64,000 nt of DNA from Haliotis cracherodii (lineage: Eukaryota): contig NW_027266275.1 of assembly GCF_022045235.1 (NCBI RefSeq), positions 29,698,001-29,762,000 on the forward strand, in the 5' to 3' direction. Position numbers and translations under genes: made by a program. Under the pieces are notes generated by a model that saw nothing but the letters and a program-made list of their open reading frames with translations, was not told where the DNA came from and searched no databases. Positions 36,301 to 48,773 of the stretch are shown here, piece after piece. Position 1 is the stretch's first letter. Each line of letters opens with the position of its first letter.

Positions 36301-39300
36301 ATAGATTTGATCTGTCAACACTTTACACTGGGCTAGGGAGTGCTGTTCAAGGATTTGATCTGTCAACACTATACACTGGGCTAGGGAGTGCTGTTCAAGG
36401 ATTTGATCTGTCAACACTATACACTGGGCTAGGGAGTGCTGTTCATAGATTGATCTGTCAACACTATACACTGGGCTAGGGAGTGCTGTTCATAGATTTG
36501 ATCTGTCAACACTATACACTGGGCTAGGGAGTGCTGTTCATAGATTTGATCTGTCAACACTATACACTGGGCTAGGGAGTGCTGTTCATAGATTTGATCT
36601 GTCAACACTATACACTGGGCTAGGGAGTGTTGTTCATAGATTTGATCTGTCAACACTATACACTGGGCTAGGGAGTGCTGTTCATAGATTTGATCTGTCA
36701 ACACTATACACTGGGCTAGGGAGTGTTGTTCATAGATTTGATCTGTCAACACTATACACTGGGCTAGGGAGTGTTGTTCATAGATTGATCTGTCAACACT
36801 ATACACTGGGCTAGGGAGTGTTGTTCATAGATTTGATCTGTCAACACTATACACTGGGCTAGGGAGTGCTGTTCATAGATTTGATCTGTCAACACTATAC
36901 ACTGGGCTAGGGAGTGTTGTTCATAGATTTGATCTGTCAACACTATACACTGGGCTAGGGAGTGCTGTTCATAGATTTGATCTGTCAACACTATACACTG
37001 GGCTAGGGAGTGCTGTTCATAGATTGATCTGTCAACACTATACACTGGGCTAGGGAGTGTTGTTCATAGATTTGATCTGTCAACACTATACACTGGGCTA
37101 GGGAGTGTTGTTCATAGATTTGATCTGTCAACACTATACACTGGGCTAGGGAGTGCTGTTCATAGATTGATCTGTCAACACTATACACTGGGCTAGGGAG
37201 TGTTGTTCATAGATTGATCTGTCAACACTATACACTGGGCTAGGGAGTGTTGTTCATAGATTTGATCTGTCAACTCTATACACTGGGCTAGGGAGTGTTG
37301 TTCATAGATTTGATCTGTCAACACTATACACTGGGCTAGGGAGTGTTGTTCATAGATTTGATCTGTCAACACTATACACTGGGCTAGGGAGTGTTGTTCA
37401 TAGATTTGATCTGTCAACACTATACACTGGGCTAGGGAGCGTTGTTCATAGATTTGATCTGTCAACACTATACACTGGGCTAGGGAGTGCTGTTCATAGA
37501 TTTGATCTGTCAACACTATACACTGGGCTAGGGAGTGTTGTTCATAGATTTGATCTGTCAACACTATACACTGGGCTAGGGAGTGTTGTTCATAGATTTG
37601 ATCTGTCAACACTATACACTGGGCTAGGGAGTGTTGTTCATAGATTTGATCTGTCAACACTATACACCGGGCTAGGGAGTGCTGTTCATAGATTTGATCT
37701 GTCAACACTATACCATCTTCATGGGTTTACACCAGACATCAGGTACACATTATGTACATTATGCTGACATGCTGTGATATGACTGAAATACTGTCCAAAA
37801 TGGTGCCTGAGTCAATACTGTGAGTGAGTGAGTCAAAATTTAACGTCGCATCGGCATTATTTCAGCCATATAGCGAGCGAGAGTCAATACTGTGAGTCTG
37901 AGGGGTTAACATGAAGTACTGATGGACGATCATGTATGAATAAAATAATATAATCAAGTATCACTTTCCTTAACATATACTATATTTATTTTTTTCGCCA
38001 ATGCAAACTAAAGACATTAGGCTACCGTGAGCATGTAACACTGTTAGTGCCATGTCAACAAATCCGTACTGAAGTATGCAATATAATCCTGTTATTATAC
38101 TATCTGGTTATAAAAAGTGTTCATTGTATATATGGACTCATGTTTGTAATCTATTTTATTCAAAACCTCATTTAATATTGTTTTTATATCATTTCCGGCG
38201 AAATCGTGTCAAGTGACTCTCTGTTTACAGCAACCACGGTCAGGTCACCGATATTAATGCCTTGAAATTAGCTTTAGTTGACAGAGAATGGACACTTTGA
38301 CTCATTATATGTCATATTTGTTGTAGTTTGAATATTATGTGCCAACATTACGTTTTCGCAAGTCTGTGGGAAGTCTCAACAGTGACAGTCAAATTGTTCC
38401 ATATGTACAAAAACATCCGGCAGCAGCAATCAACTGTTCTAAAGTGCTACTCTTATAGTTATTATTAATTTAAATATATGTGGTAAAGCTGCAACTAAAA
38501 TAAAACAGTAAAGGAATATGTTACTTCTGATAAAATGATAGTTTCAAATGCAATTCTTCTGATTGTTGCATCACTATCCTTTGAAGTTGTCACCAGTGGA
38601 TAGGCAGAAAATGTGTGTACACGTGATTGCTATTTCCGGCTGAGTTTGCAAGAAACCAGACATGGTAATCGTGATTTCGGTATATGAAACAAAAGCTAGC
38701 AGAACAGGAAATACATTGAGATGGTAAATCATCATGTCTACTGATTTTTTATCTCCAATTTCACATTTGTATTGACCAATTTAAGTTTGTTATCACCTGA
38801 ATTCCTGAAGGGATACGATAATATGATGTAGACTTATAGCGCTTGACCACCCTTGCAAGTCGTGTAAACAATAATCAACAACAAAAAACATGTCAGTCTG
38901 GCTGCACCTCTATTTTTTTTAATACTTTGTTATGATGTCCGGTCTCACGTTGTAATGTCCATCAAGTACTTTCTCAAAAATATCTGGTTGGCACATTTGA
39001 AAATGCCCGCTTTGCACTCTTTCAAATCAGAAATTCTGCAGTCACAACAAGACAGGTCCGGAGAACAGACTGATTTCCGGATCCCTGCCCTTAGCCTTCG
39101 TTGAAGCTGTTTTGCAGGTCCACAAATCTACCATTGCTAACCAGTATGTTTTTATACCTCTTTCATGTTTTCTCTGGCAGACAAAAGTCTTCAACCCTAC
39201 CTTGAACAGGTGGATGAGATTGAGGAGAGTGTGGTGGCTCTGGAACAGGCAGCGTACAACCTGGACCAGTACTCAAAGAGACTAGGTAACCACAGACCAC

Positions 39301-40786
39301 ATTCATGTAGTTGTGTATAACGCATGTTCAATTACATTAAACTCCAATAGAATGTTTAATGTCACAAGCACTTTACTTTAAAATACATATTCCTCTCTCA
39401 GGATACAGTGTTAAGCTGAAAGTAATAAACAATTCATGTCTATCAGGTGCGATGCTCCCCATTGATATAATGTGTGATACCCATTTCTGGTGTCCCCCGT
39501 CGTGATATTGCTGGAATATTGCTAAAAGTGGTGGAAACCCTAACCCACTTACTCCCTACTGAAGCACACCCCGTTCACTCTGGCTTGTGTTCTGATGTGA
39601 GTGTGGGGTGGCCCAGTGGTGAGTGTTCTCTCTTGTCACTCACAGGACAAGGGTTTGATTCCCCATAGGGAGAAACCTAGTCTGTCATACAGACCCTTAA
39701 ACAAATACATCCAACACAGCCCATGCAAGTCTATAATATTTGGAAAGTCTAGATTACTGCAGTATCTAAAAATGAAGAGGCTCTGGGCTCCCTTTTATCA
39801 TATTTTATCACTATAATTCAACAACTGTTTTTAACTGTAAAATATGTTCATTTCAGAGACTACACGTTAGTCTAGGAGAAACACAAAGTTGGTGTTACTC
39901 TCTACAGAGTGTATCATCTCTGTGTGCTGTGATAACGAGTTGATAAAAGTTGAAAACCCTTCGGCATGCCAAGGAGTCTTACACTTTTGTCAATGAGTGT
40001 TGATGTATTTTATATCAAATGACACATTCTATTTCTCATCCAACATCATTCTTCCAACTTTCCGTTTATAAAGAACCAGTGTCATTTGATTGTGACATCA
40101 TGGTTCCTGATGACATCAACATGGTCTGCAAAACATGGTGATGCAATTATCATCTCACCCAAGTGAGTACATCTCCTCACAAAACTCGTTGCTATATGGC
40201 TGAAATAATGCCGATGTGACGTTAAATTTTAATTCACTTTCTCTACTCATGAAGCCAGTTTGGGATGATAAATAGAGATTACTATCGTAAATATCAAACA
40301 TTAGGAATAAAAATTGAATAATGGCAGCCATTGGTGTTTGTCTACAGAAACACGGCAACACATCACGAACCTATCTGTGCATATTAGGAATATTAGTCAA
40401 AGTGTTTAGTGAGAAAGAAGGCATTGCATTGGTGATTCGAGCTTGAACGTAGTACCTGCTGGGCGACCTCATGTGCATATTTATCAGGTCATGATACATT
40501 GGTAAAACTAACCATATATGATAAATAATAATTATAGCATATTGAGCCCGGGAAGAGACCTTGCTTTCCCGCAAAACATCTAACAATACTGACATCTTTT
40601 TTGCATTTTTGTTTCATTCTGTCAGTAAATTAATTTGTTTCTTAACAAATAATCTCAATTTCAAGAAGTAGTTGCCTCTTCATTGTTGTAACCATGACAG
40701 ATTTTGTCAGTGTTAAACACCCACATTGCTAAATTGTTGTGATTTATTCTACAGAGGAGAAGTTCAAGGCTTTGGAGAAGAGGTGA
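30352..40786 (+). CDS. BLOC1S2: Biogenesis of lysosome-related organelles complex 1 subunit 2, 145 aa; join(30352-30418,34519-34632,35252-35371,39181-39285,40755-40786)
   Basis: [38 protein letters not shown]...[49 protein letters not shown] matches the BLOS2 coiled coil. All introns are phase 1 and GT-AG. The exon 1-2 N-terminus is less constrained. Confidence 0.93.
33645..34244 (-). mobile_element. Non-autonomous long-TIR DNA transposon with RecQ-helicase remnant (AcademH-like)
   Basis: ~85-bp TIRs caatctcattaaaatcagatc...; 9-bp TSD gagaaatgt/gagaaatat; - strand internal peptide [31 protein letters not shown] resembles RecQ motifs 0/I. Confidence 0.75.
34730..35182. mobile_element. hAT-type MITE
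   Basis: TIR taaggctg.tacga / tcgttgcagcccta; perfect 8-bp TSD gtgttaac. Confidence 0.85.
35377..35481. mobile_element. Small hAT-like MITE inserted at the BLOC1S2 exon 3 donor
   Basis: Same TIRs as 10709-10862; flanks gtgag/gtgtg. Confidence 0.7.
35659..37712. repeat. 48-bp minisatellite, ~43 near-identical copies, BLOC1S2 intron 3
   Basis: Unit ctgggctagggagtgytgttcatagatttgatctgtcaacactataca; occasional 47-bp variants. Confidence 0.97.
39470..39555 (+). mobile_element. SINE family A 3' fragment
   Basis: cccatttctggtgtcccccgtcgtgatattgctggaatattgctaaaag. Confidence 0.75.
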
Positions 40787-41531
40787 TCAAGAGTCATCTG
40801 GAGGAAGACTGGCGCTGTCAGTTTGTGGTGTCCTGTCATGCAGGTGGACTCTCGGTACAGTAGCAAGGGAGATAACCATGGAGATATCCCGCTTTGTTGA
40901 CCACAAGATAGACTGATGTGATGAAGATAATTTTGTGCTTTCATCATGTGACTATTTCAGTTGAGCCTTGTATGATAATGTAAACATTTTCTTACACATT
41001 AAGAGGAACAAATATTATGAATTATGTAGGAGTAGATTGTCGTTTGAAAGTGTTAGTTGTTTTCTTATGATAAACATGGTGATAGAAAAGATAACTGCCA
41101 TTGGATATGTAAATCATGTAAATCATGTAAATCATGTTTATATGTACATGTGAGTGTGTTCTGTTGTAGGGACAATGTGTTTGTTTATGAATGGTATGTT
41201 GTTTTCCAGGAAAACAATACTTTTTAAGAGAGTGAACACATGTTTTCATGCATGAAAAGTCAGTACATTTAAATCACAGTTCATTAAAGATGAAGCTTGC
41301 TTTTTGTTTATGAATTTGATCATAGAAAATTGTGTTTGATTGCTTTAATAAGTGTAGACACACTGTTGCATTTGAAATGAGCAATGATTCCTTTCAAGAA
41401 AGCTTGTTGTAAATAAGTTTTGTAAATCCAACAATCAAGCCAGATAGACACATTAAAAATGTAAAAAAAACACCTTATTCAAAATATAATCGTCAGTATG
41501 TCACGACTTGTATGCATTCCATTCTTCTGAC

Positions 41532-41936
41532 TAGGGCTGGGATGGGTAACTCGGGTACTCAGGTCGGGTGGGTACCTGAGTAGGACCCAGGGACCCACAG
41601 GACTACCCGGACCCGTGGTTAGTCACGTGATATATTGTTTAATGACAAAAGATTATCTAGAACTCTACGGCTACACCATAAGTGACTAATGTTTGCATTT
41701 CTTTTTGACTTTGCACACAATCCTTTTGACTTATGAATAAAATTATGAATAAAGATAAAACTTCAGTCAACTTCAGTTTATGCATGACGTGTATCTAAAT
41801 ACATTTTGCGAGGGCTACGGTCAAACTATTCCCAGTCGGACATTTGGACCTATCTCTTGAGACCTACAGTGGGTACCCGGGTAGGGTCGGATAATAGGGG
41901 GGTGGGTACCAGGGTAGTAAATTTGTCCCAGCCCTA
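41532..41936. mobile_element. hAT-type MITE
   Basis: TIR tagggctggga / tcccagcccta, subterminal gggta/taccc repeats, perfect 8-bp TSD cttctgac. Confidence 0.9.
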
Positions 41937-42644
41937 CTTCTGACCCATGTGAATACACACGGCCAATATGTGGTGTTGTTGCTATTTTTAACTAACAAAT
42001 CAATACACAGCCTGGTTCCAGGGAAAGGGAGGGAGTGCTCGGGCCAGTGAATGCAGCTTACTGCGCACAAATGGCAATGTTTCTGACTTGTCAGGAGCAA
42101 AGTGAGCCATAGGCAGTGGTCAGTTTGCACAAAGTTCGGCACAGATTAGGGCTCACTTGACGACTTCTAGTTACGAAACAGCCTCATTTCATTCCTTACA
42201 AGAAATAGACATACATCTACTACTACACCAAATAGCGGCCATGTGAATGCACAGGTGATGAGAAATGTAGTGCATACATATATACGTACCTGTGACATTG
42301 ATGATGAATAAAATCAGTTTTGTAAACAATATTGTAAACTGAAACAAAATGAGGGCGTGTGACTGCTGAGGCAGAGGAGTTATGTTGGAGATGAAGTTAT
42401 CTCTGTCCATTCAAGTGAGACCTGGGCTGATGGAGAAACATTTTGTAAAGTAAGTGATAGCGATTTAACATAAAACTGGTACAATTTAAAACTCTTACTA
42501 TTGTGCAATATTTTACCATGTTCTCATCCGATATTGAGAAAATAAACATCATTGAAAGATAGTCAAGTGTTTATTTCTCTCCAGGATGGATGCTGAAACA
42601 AACCACCAGTGTGAAGATTCATAGTTTATGTGCCTTTGAATTGT

Positions 42645-43060
42645 TTGTTTGCTCTTGAATGCCGCACTCAGCAATATTCTAGCTGTATGAGGGGCGGTCG
42701 GGTAGCCAAGTGCTTAAAGCATTTGCTTGTCAAGCTGAAGACCCAGGTTTGATTCCCGACATGGGTACAATATGTGAAGCCCATTTCTGGTGTCCCCCGC
42801 CGTGATATTGCTGGAATATTGCTAAAAGCAGCGTAAAGCCAAAACTCACTCACTCACTTTAGCTGTATGACGGCAGTCTGTAAATCTGTAATCATGTCTG
42901 GATCAGACAATCCAGTGATTGAGAACATGAGCATCAATCCACGCTATGGGGATATGATGACACTCATCAACTAAGTTGGCGAGCCTGACCACCTGATCTT
43001 GATAGTAGCCTCTTACAACAAGCATGGGTTGCTGAAGATCAATTCTAACCCAGACCTTCA
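42645..43060 (-). mobile_element. Family B copy interrupted by a + strand family A SINE (42691-42859)
   Basis: Nested SINE flanked by TSD tagctgtatga; family B sequence resumes after it. Confidence 0.85.
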
Positions 43061-43129
43061 CAAGTATGCTTTTTTGAAATACATAATAAGGTGTGTACTT
43101 ATATTGCATAAGCCTCCATTATTATTCGC

Positions 43130-43270
43130 GTTAATGGATCAGAGTGCAATCGATTTTCATTCCAAGCTCCCTGGGGAGTATACAGCCCATGCTGCCTTGT
43201 CAGGGCCCTAGATGTTTCAAAGTCACATTACCATCTCATCCTACCGGGTACCCATTTTTACTGATGGACT
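43130..43270 (-). mobile_element. SINE-like family D fragment; related copies ~43530-43690 and ~60190-60325
   Basis: Shared atggatcag.gtgca...ctccct.gggagtataca...tcatcctac.ggg.accc. Confidence 0.6.
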
Positions 43271-43769
43271 GTATTAAACAACAAACAAACAAACACAGGC
43301 ACACACATCAGTATGGTGACACATCACACCCAATTGATAGCTACCTAGTCGGATGACATTGTAATCTGAAGACTTATGCAATCAGTTGACCTGGGTAATT
43401 ATGGCATTCTTGTTCACTCAGCAAGTTTCAAAAGTCATGCATCAGGATGAGAAACGTTTTAATGACAGGCGATTTATAAAGGCATTCTCTGCATGACAGA
43501 GGATGTGCACAGTGAATTACAGTATTACCCATGTCAATGGATCAGTGTGCATTGTACAACCTAAGCTGACTATAAGGTGCATTTCCATTTCATCCTACTG
43601 GGTACCCATTAATTGCTTGAACAGAGGCCCAGGTTGTACAGTGTCACTTCCCTCTATCTCAGTGTGGGTCAGGACTGAACCCTGAGAAACACTCAGCAGT
43701 CATGTTTGATAAACACAGTCACCCATGCACCTTGAGCGTACCCTCCTCCGCCTTATTCCCAGAGTTAGG

Positions 43770-44000
43770 GTACCCGTGAAGATTCCGGGGTAGTATAGGT
43801 CTTCAGCAACCCATGCTTGCCGTAAAAGGCGACTAACGGGATCGGGTGGTCAGGCTTGCTGACTTAGTTGATGCATGTCATCGGTCCCAATTGCGTGGAT
43901 CGATGCTCATGATGTCAATCACTGGATTGTCTGGTCCAGACTAGATTATTTACAGACGGCCGTCATATAGCTGGAATATTGTTGAGTGTGGTGTAAAACA
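43770..44000 (+). mobile_element. SINE-like family B, near full length
   Basis: acccgtgaagattccggggtagtataggtcttcagcaacccatgcttg...gctggaatattgttgagtgtggtgtaaaaca. Confidence 0.88.
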
Positions 44001-44247
44001 TGTCCCAAAACCAAAAACGTTTCAATGGTTAAATGCCACTATTTGCCATTATTTCTCAGCATCATTTGAGGCAAGACGTGGCGAGACACTGTACAGTTTG
44101 TCTTCCATGTCTGCCATATGCATGTTAGAGAAGTAAGATGTGAGTTATCAAACTTGTCACCATTGGTCCTTGACAAACTTGTCCCTATCTTGTGTACTTG
44201 AGTACCTGTCTGAGCCCTACAGAGTCGATCATCAGTGCTGCAAAGTG

Positions 44248-44560
44248 AGAGGTGCATGTAGCGACGTGCATGTATGTGTGTGTGTTTGTGTGGCTGCTTG
44301 TACTAGTCCGGACTCATGCCAATTTATAGTGCTAGCTCACCGAGATACCATGCCGCAGTTTAACATGAATACCCCACTCAGACACAGTATACTGACTCCG
44401 AGCCGACCAGTCCTTGGTTTAGCCCCTTAATGTTGAGCGCCAGACAGGGTAACAACAAGTACCATCTTTTAACGTCTTTTGGTATGATGCAGTTTGGGAA
44501 CGAACCCCAGACCTTCAGCTCTCAGGGCAGATGCTCTACCACTAGACCACAGAGGCGGTC
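44248..44560 (-). mobile_element. V-SINE-like SINE family C
   Basis: tRNA-like head with A/B boxes, V-domain-like core, (ca)n tail, 10-bp TSD ctgcaaagtg. Confidence 0.85.
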
Positions 44561-44569
44561 CTGCAAAGT

Positions 44570-44741
44570 GTACAGTAGCAAGGGAGATAACCATGGATAT
44601 GTCCCGCTTTGTTGACCACAAGATAGACTGATGTGATGAAGATAATTTTGTGCTTTCATCATGTGACTATTTCAGTTGAGCCGTGTATGATAATGTAAAC
44701 ATTTTCTTACACGTTAAGAGGAACAAATATTATGAATTATG
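44570..44741 (+). repeat. 172-bp direct duplicate of BLOC1S2 3'UTR segment 40855-41026
   Basis: 4 mismatches in 172 bp by eye. Confidence 0.92.
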
Positions 44742-45107
44742 GTAGTAACCAGCAACACGAGAGAGTAACGAGCAACACGCAAGAGATGTTATAATTTTAT
44801 TCCACCATACACAATCCATCCAAGCGGAGTCTGCACACAGAGACTGAATGCTTCATCAACAACTACTGTAACAATACCACTCTTGAAACAATTCTCACTA
44901 TACAATACTGTATCCACACAGAAACAAGGCAGGCTAATGAACAGTAGACCAACTCATTCGAGTTGAAAACTTTAACGTTATTTATTGCCAGTGAAGTAAA
45001 AATATGTTCTCATACTGCTAAACAAACTTGATAAACTTGGTGCTTGTTCTGAGACAGTAGGTGTTGTGCAAACGATGGAAGAATTCATTTCCATGTGACG
45101 TAGGGCA

Positions 45108-45929
45108 TGTGGAGTTCTCTACGTGTATTCGTCAATGTGTCACGACTCGACACATGCACCGTAGCAGTCGGTGAAAACACAATAGACTGGCCCACGGGCA
45201 CACCTTCCAGGACAAGTGGAGTTCTCTACGTGTATTCGTCAATGTGTCATGACTCGACACATGCGCCGTAGCAGTCGGTGAAAAAACAGCAGACTGGCCC
45301 ACCTTCCAGGACAAGTGGAGTACTCTACGTGTATTCGTCAATGTGTCATGACTCGACACATGCGCCGTAGCAGTCGGTGAAAAAACAGCAGACTGGCCCA
45401 CCTTCCAGGACAAGTGGAGTTCTCTATGTGTATTCGTCAATGTGTCATGACACGACACATGCACCGTAGCAGTCGGTGAAAAAACAGCAGACTGGCCCAC
45501 CTTCCAGGACAAGTGGAGTTCTCTATGTGTATTCGTCAATGTGTCATGACACGACACATGCACCGTAGCAGTCGGTGAAAACACAGTAGACTGGCCCACG
45601 GGCACACCTTCCAGGACAAGTGGAGTTCTCTATGTGTATTCGTCAATGTGTCATGACACGACACATGCGCCGTAGCAGTCGGTGAAAACACAGTAGACTG
45701 GCCCACGGGCACACCTTCCAGGACAAGTGGAGTTCTCTACGTGTATTCGTCAATGTGTCACGGCTCGACACATGCACCATTGTAGTCGGTGAAAACACAG
45801 CAGACTGGCCCACGGGCACACCTTCCAGGACAAGTGGAGTTCTCTACATGTATTCGTCAATGTGTCACGACTCGACACATGCACCGTAACAGTCGGTGAA
45901 AACACAGCAGACTGACCCACGGGCACACA
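45108..45929. repeat. 99/107-bp minisatellite, ~8 copies
   Basis: ccttccagg anchors at 45203, 45302, 45401, 45500, 45607, 45714 and 45821. Confidence 0.95.
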
Positions 45930-47129
45930 ATCCACCCTGTTGATGTTAAACACATTCTGCAGATCCACAGATCCAATTGGTGTGTTGTGTTTTTTCTTAA
46001 CTTTGTTTCTCAGTAGTAAGTGGTTCAAAAGTCGAATTAGTTCTACACGAGCAGACTCTAAACACACCACTTCTTATTCAACAACAGTAGTTAATACGTT
46101 TAGTCCAACCTATTCCTCCTGAAGCACATTAGTATCTAACTGAACACATATTGTCTTTACTATGTAAACTGGGAACTGACAGATTAATAATGTCTTAATT
46201 AATAAAGCTAATAGCAGTAACAACTGATAGACATCCAAATCATTCCCATCAACAATATTTGAAACTTGAACAACAAACTAAAACTTAACACTTCCACATT
46301 AGAGGATTGTTTTCATAGTTTGAAAATGACTTGGAAATGAAAAATATCCGAAAATATTATGCATAACAATTAACTATGAGTGATGTTCAATTTTAACAAA
46401 AGTTGTGCAGAATATTCATTAATCATACAGAAAAGTTGTCTCACAACATATTTAAAATGATAAATATATCAGGCTTGTAATTCTCAATTTGTAACAAAAT
46501 ACAAGAACTAATTAATATCTATCTACGATTATAACAAATTGGCTTAAGGATAAATCACAGATGAAATCAACAAGTTGAAATATATTAAATTCAAAACAAA
46601 AAAGATTATTTCCTATAAATATCAACAAGAACATTGCTTTTTATGCTGTTAACAATCTTTATCACTAGCATGTTGTTGTCACTCCTTTTCTTCAAACAAC
46701 AACAAGTCCATACTGTACAATACTCTCTCTACTGGTAAGTTGAGAATACATTTCAAATACAGATATATATTTCGTAAAATATTTTGCACATTTTGTTGAT
46801 ACCTGACAAATTTTTCATTTAGCCGACTTTCTAGGTCAATATTAAAAGGGGCAAGAAGTAAAATTGTGTCCTGGCACTATAGCTCGTCTTGATATGCGTA
46901 GTCAACAAAAACAGACACTAAAAATCTTTTTGCGGTCTGCATTGATGTTAAAATGTTAAAAGATTTCTGCTTAAATATCACTAAAAGCTAACACAAAATT
47001 TAAGATTTAAACAAAATATGATCTTATCATAGGGGGAAACATACATGCCAAAGTTCAGCTCCCCCAGCCAAATATGCCCTTTGAGAGTATTTAATAGCAT
47101 AGTAAAGTGAAGGTCAAAACAAATGCCAA

Positions 47130-47352
47130 TTTTCATTAAGTTTTTAACAAACTCTGATTTTTCAATATGGCTGCTGTGGCAGATTGGATTTGAACACTTG
47201 AACAAATTAGGGTGTCATCATTAGTGGGAAGAAGTACCGGTATGTGAAATTTCAGCTTCATTTGGTCAAGTGGTTTCTGAAATGTTTTGATGGACAACGG
47301 ATAAACAGGCCCTGACATAAGCTCAAATGACCTCTAGTCAGGGAAACTAAAC
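47130..47352 (-). mobile_element. Helentron-derived repeat end; related copy ~57300-57485
   Basis: Shared atggctgc...cttga.caaatt.gggtgtca...tttcagcttcatt.g.t.aagt.gtttctga...aaacaggcc.tga.ataag...ctaaaa. Confidence 0.55.
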
Positions 47353-47835
47353 AACTGTGGTCTGATGTGTTGGTGGTTAAAATGAATATACCAGAGATAT
47401 TATTTCCTACATGCCTGTTGATCCTTAATCAGATGTTTAAAAAACAGGTAATAACAGTTATAACAGATCTTCCTGCAAAAATTGTGTTAGATAAGTATAC
47501 AAGATGAACACAATGTTAACTTATTGTTGTGCTTATGTGAAATTAAGAAAAGTCAAATTCAGAAAACAAGGAAAGACAATCACCCCAAGAACATTACTTC
47601 ACACAGTTATTTGCTAATACCTCTAGTGTGCAATAGAGTGATCAATCTTTGAACCGTCCGGTAAGTGATTTGTGAGAGGCATTAATATCAGCATCTTGCA
47701 GTCGGAAAACACAAACCTCATCATGTAAGTGTGGTGGTCCAATAAAACCATGGCCCCCATAACACTTGCTCATGTGTATAGTTAATGTACAAGTTCTTTG
47801 CCATCCTGTTGCCAATGTAGACTGCACATGCATAA

Positions 47836-48380
47836 ATCTCACTGAAGTCAGATTATGTACTCGGATACGATACCTCTCTGCGTGAAGTTCTGATAACCCT
47901 TCCATAGAAGGTCGTTACATTAGGTGAACTCTGAGTGAACTTTGACCTCCAAATCTAAATGAAGGATGTGTGGGTCCTTGAAGTGATCAGATGTCAGCTG
48001 TCTGGATCAAGTTCGCTTCAATTCCCTACGACCTTGATTCAGAAATTTCAACATGTGTTAAGAAAACCAACACAAAACAAAATTATTCCTTCGCTGGTGT
48101 AGACACCATGGCACCAGGTCTATAACATATGGACAACAATATCACCAAAATAATCATGCCGCGATTGTTATTCGGACCTGAACGCTTAACTCCATTTTCG
48201 ATATACAGAAGTCCAACATGTTGGTCCGAATGCTCTGCTGACATGTACAGAGAATTTAGAAGCCTCAACGTTGTTTGGCCGATTAGAAAGTTAACCCGAC
48301 TCGACTCCTATCAAGGTGTTGTCAGATGTTCGTGCAGAGGTATCATATGGGAATAAAACATCTAATTTGAATAAGACTGC
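47836..48380. mobile_element. Degenerate long-TIR element related to 27629-28814
   Basis: gaactttgac...aatctaaa.gaaggatg...atcagatgtcagc shared with 27710-27770; decayed ends. Confidence 0.5.
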
Positions 48381-48610
48381 ACATCCTTGATCATTCCACT
48401 GGCACAACAGTGCTTTGTCAGGACTGGGCTAGGATGATAGGGGGCAACGAGACAGCGCATCGTATCTTACATATTGCCGATACAAGTCGTGATACACCAA
48501 CAATCAAACCCAGGATGGCTAAAATTGTCCAGAATAACACATTTCCAGAAAAATAATCAGGGATAATTCTCCTTAAAATCAATATAGCCGCTGGTAACAG
48601 GAACAGTCTT

Positions 48611-48773
48611 GAGTGAATGAGTTTGGTTTTACGCAGCTTTTAGCAATATTCCAGCAATATCATGGTGGAGGACACCAGAAATGGGCTTCACACATTGTAC
48701 CCATGTCGGGAATCGAACCCGGGTCTTTGGCGTGACGATCGAACGCTTTATCCACTAGGCTACCTGACCCCCC
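48611..48773 (-). mobile_element. SINE family A
   Basis: Reverse complement of the 28109 copy. Confidence 0.88.

Noticed and set aside
35659-37712. CRISPR array, or repeat protein (ORFs of 16-aa repeats on both strands)
   Set aside because: No unique spacers and no cas genes; eukaryotic intron. The ORFs arise because the unit is 48 bp and break at the 47-bp variants.
40913-40950. C/D snoRNA in the duplicated UTR segment (gtgatga)
   Set aside because: No downstream CTGA D box with a terminal stem.
45108-45929. Hammerhead ribozyme array, or 157-aa/106-aa proteins
   Set aside because: Only ttgacga...agaac on the - strand, without canonical CUGANGA/GAAA or proper stems. The ORFs are repeat artefacts.
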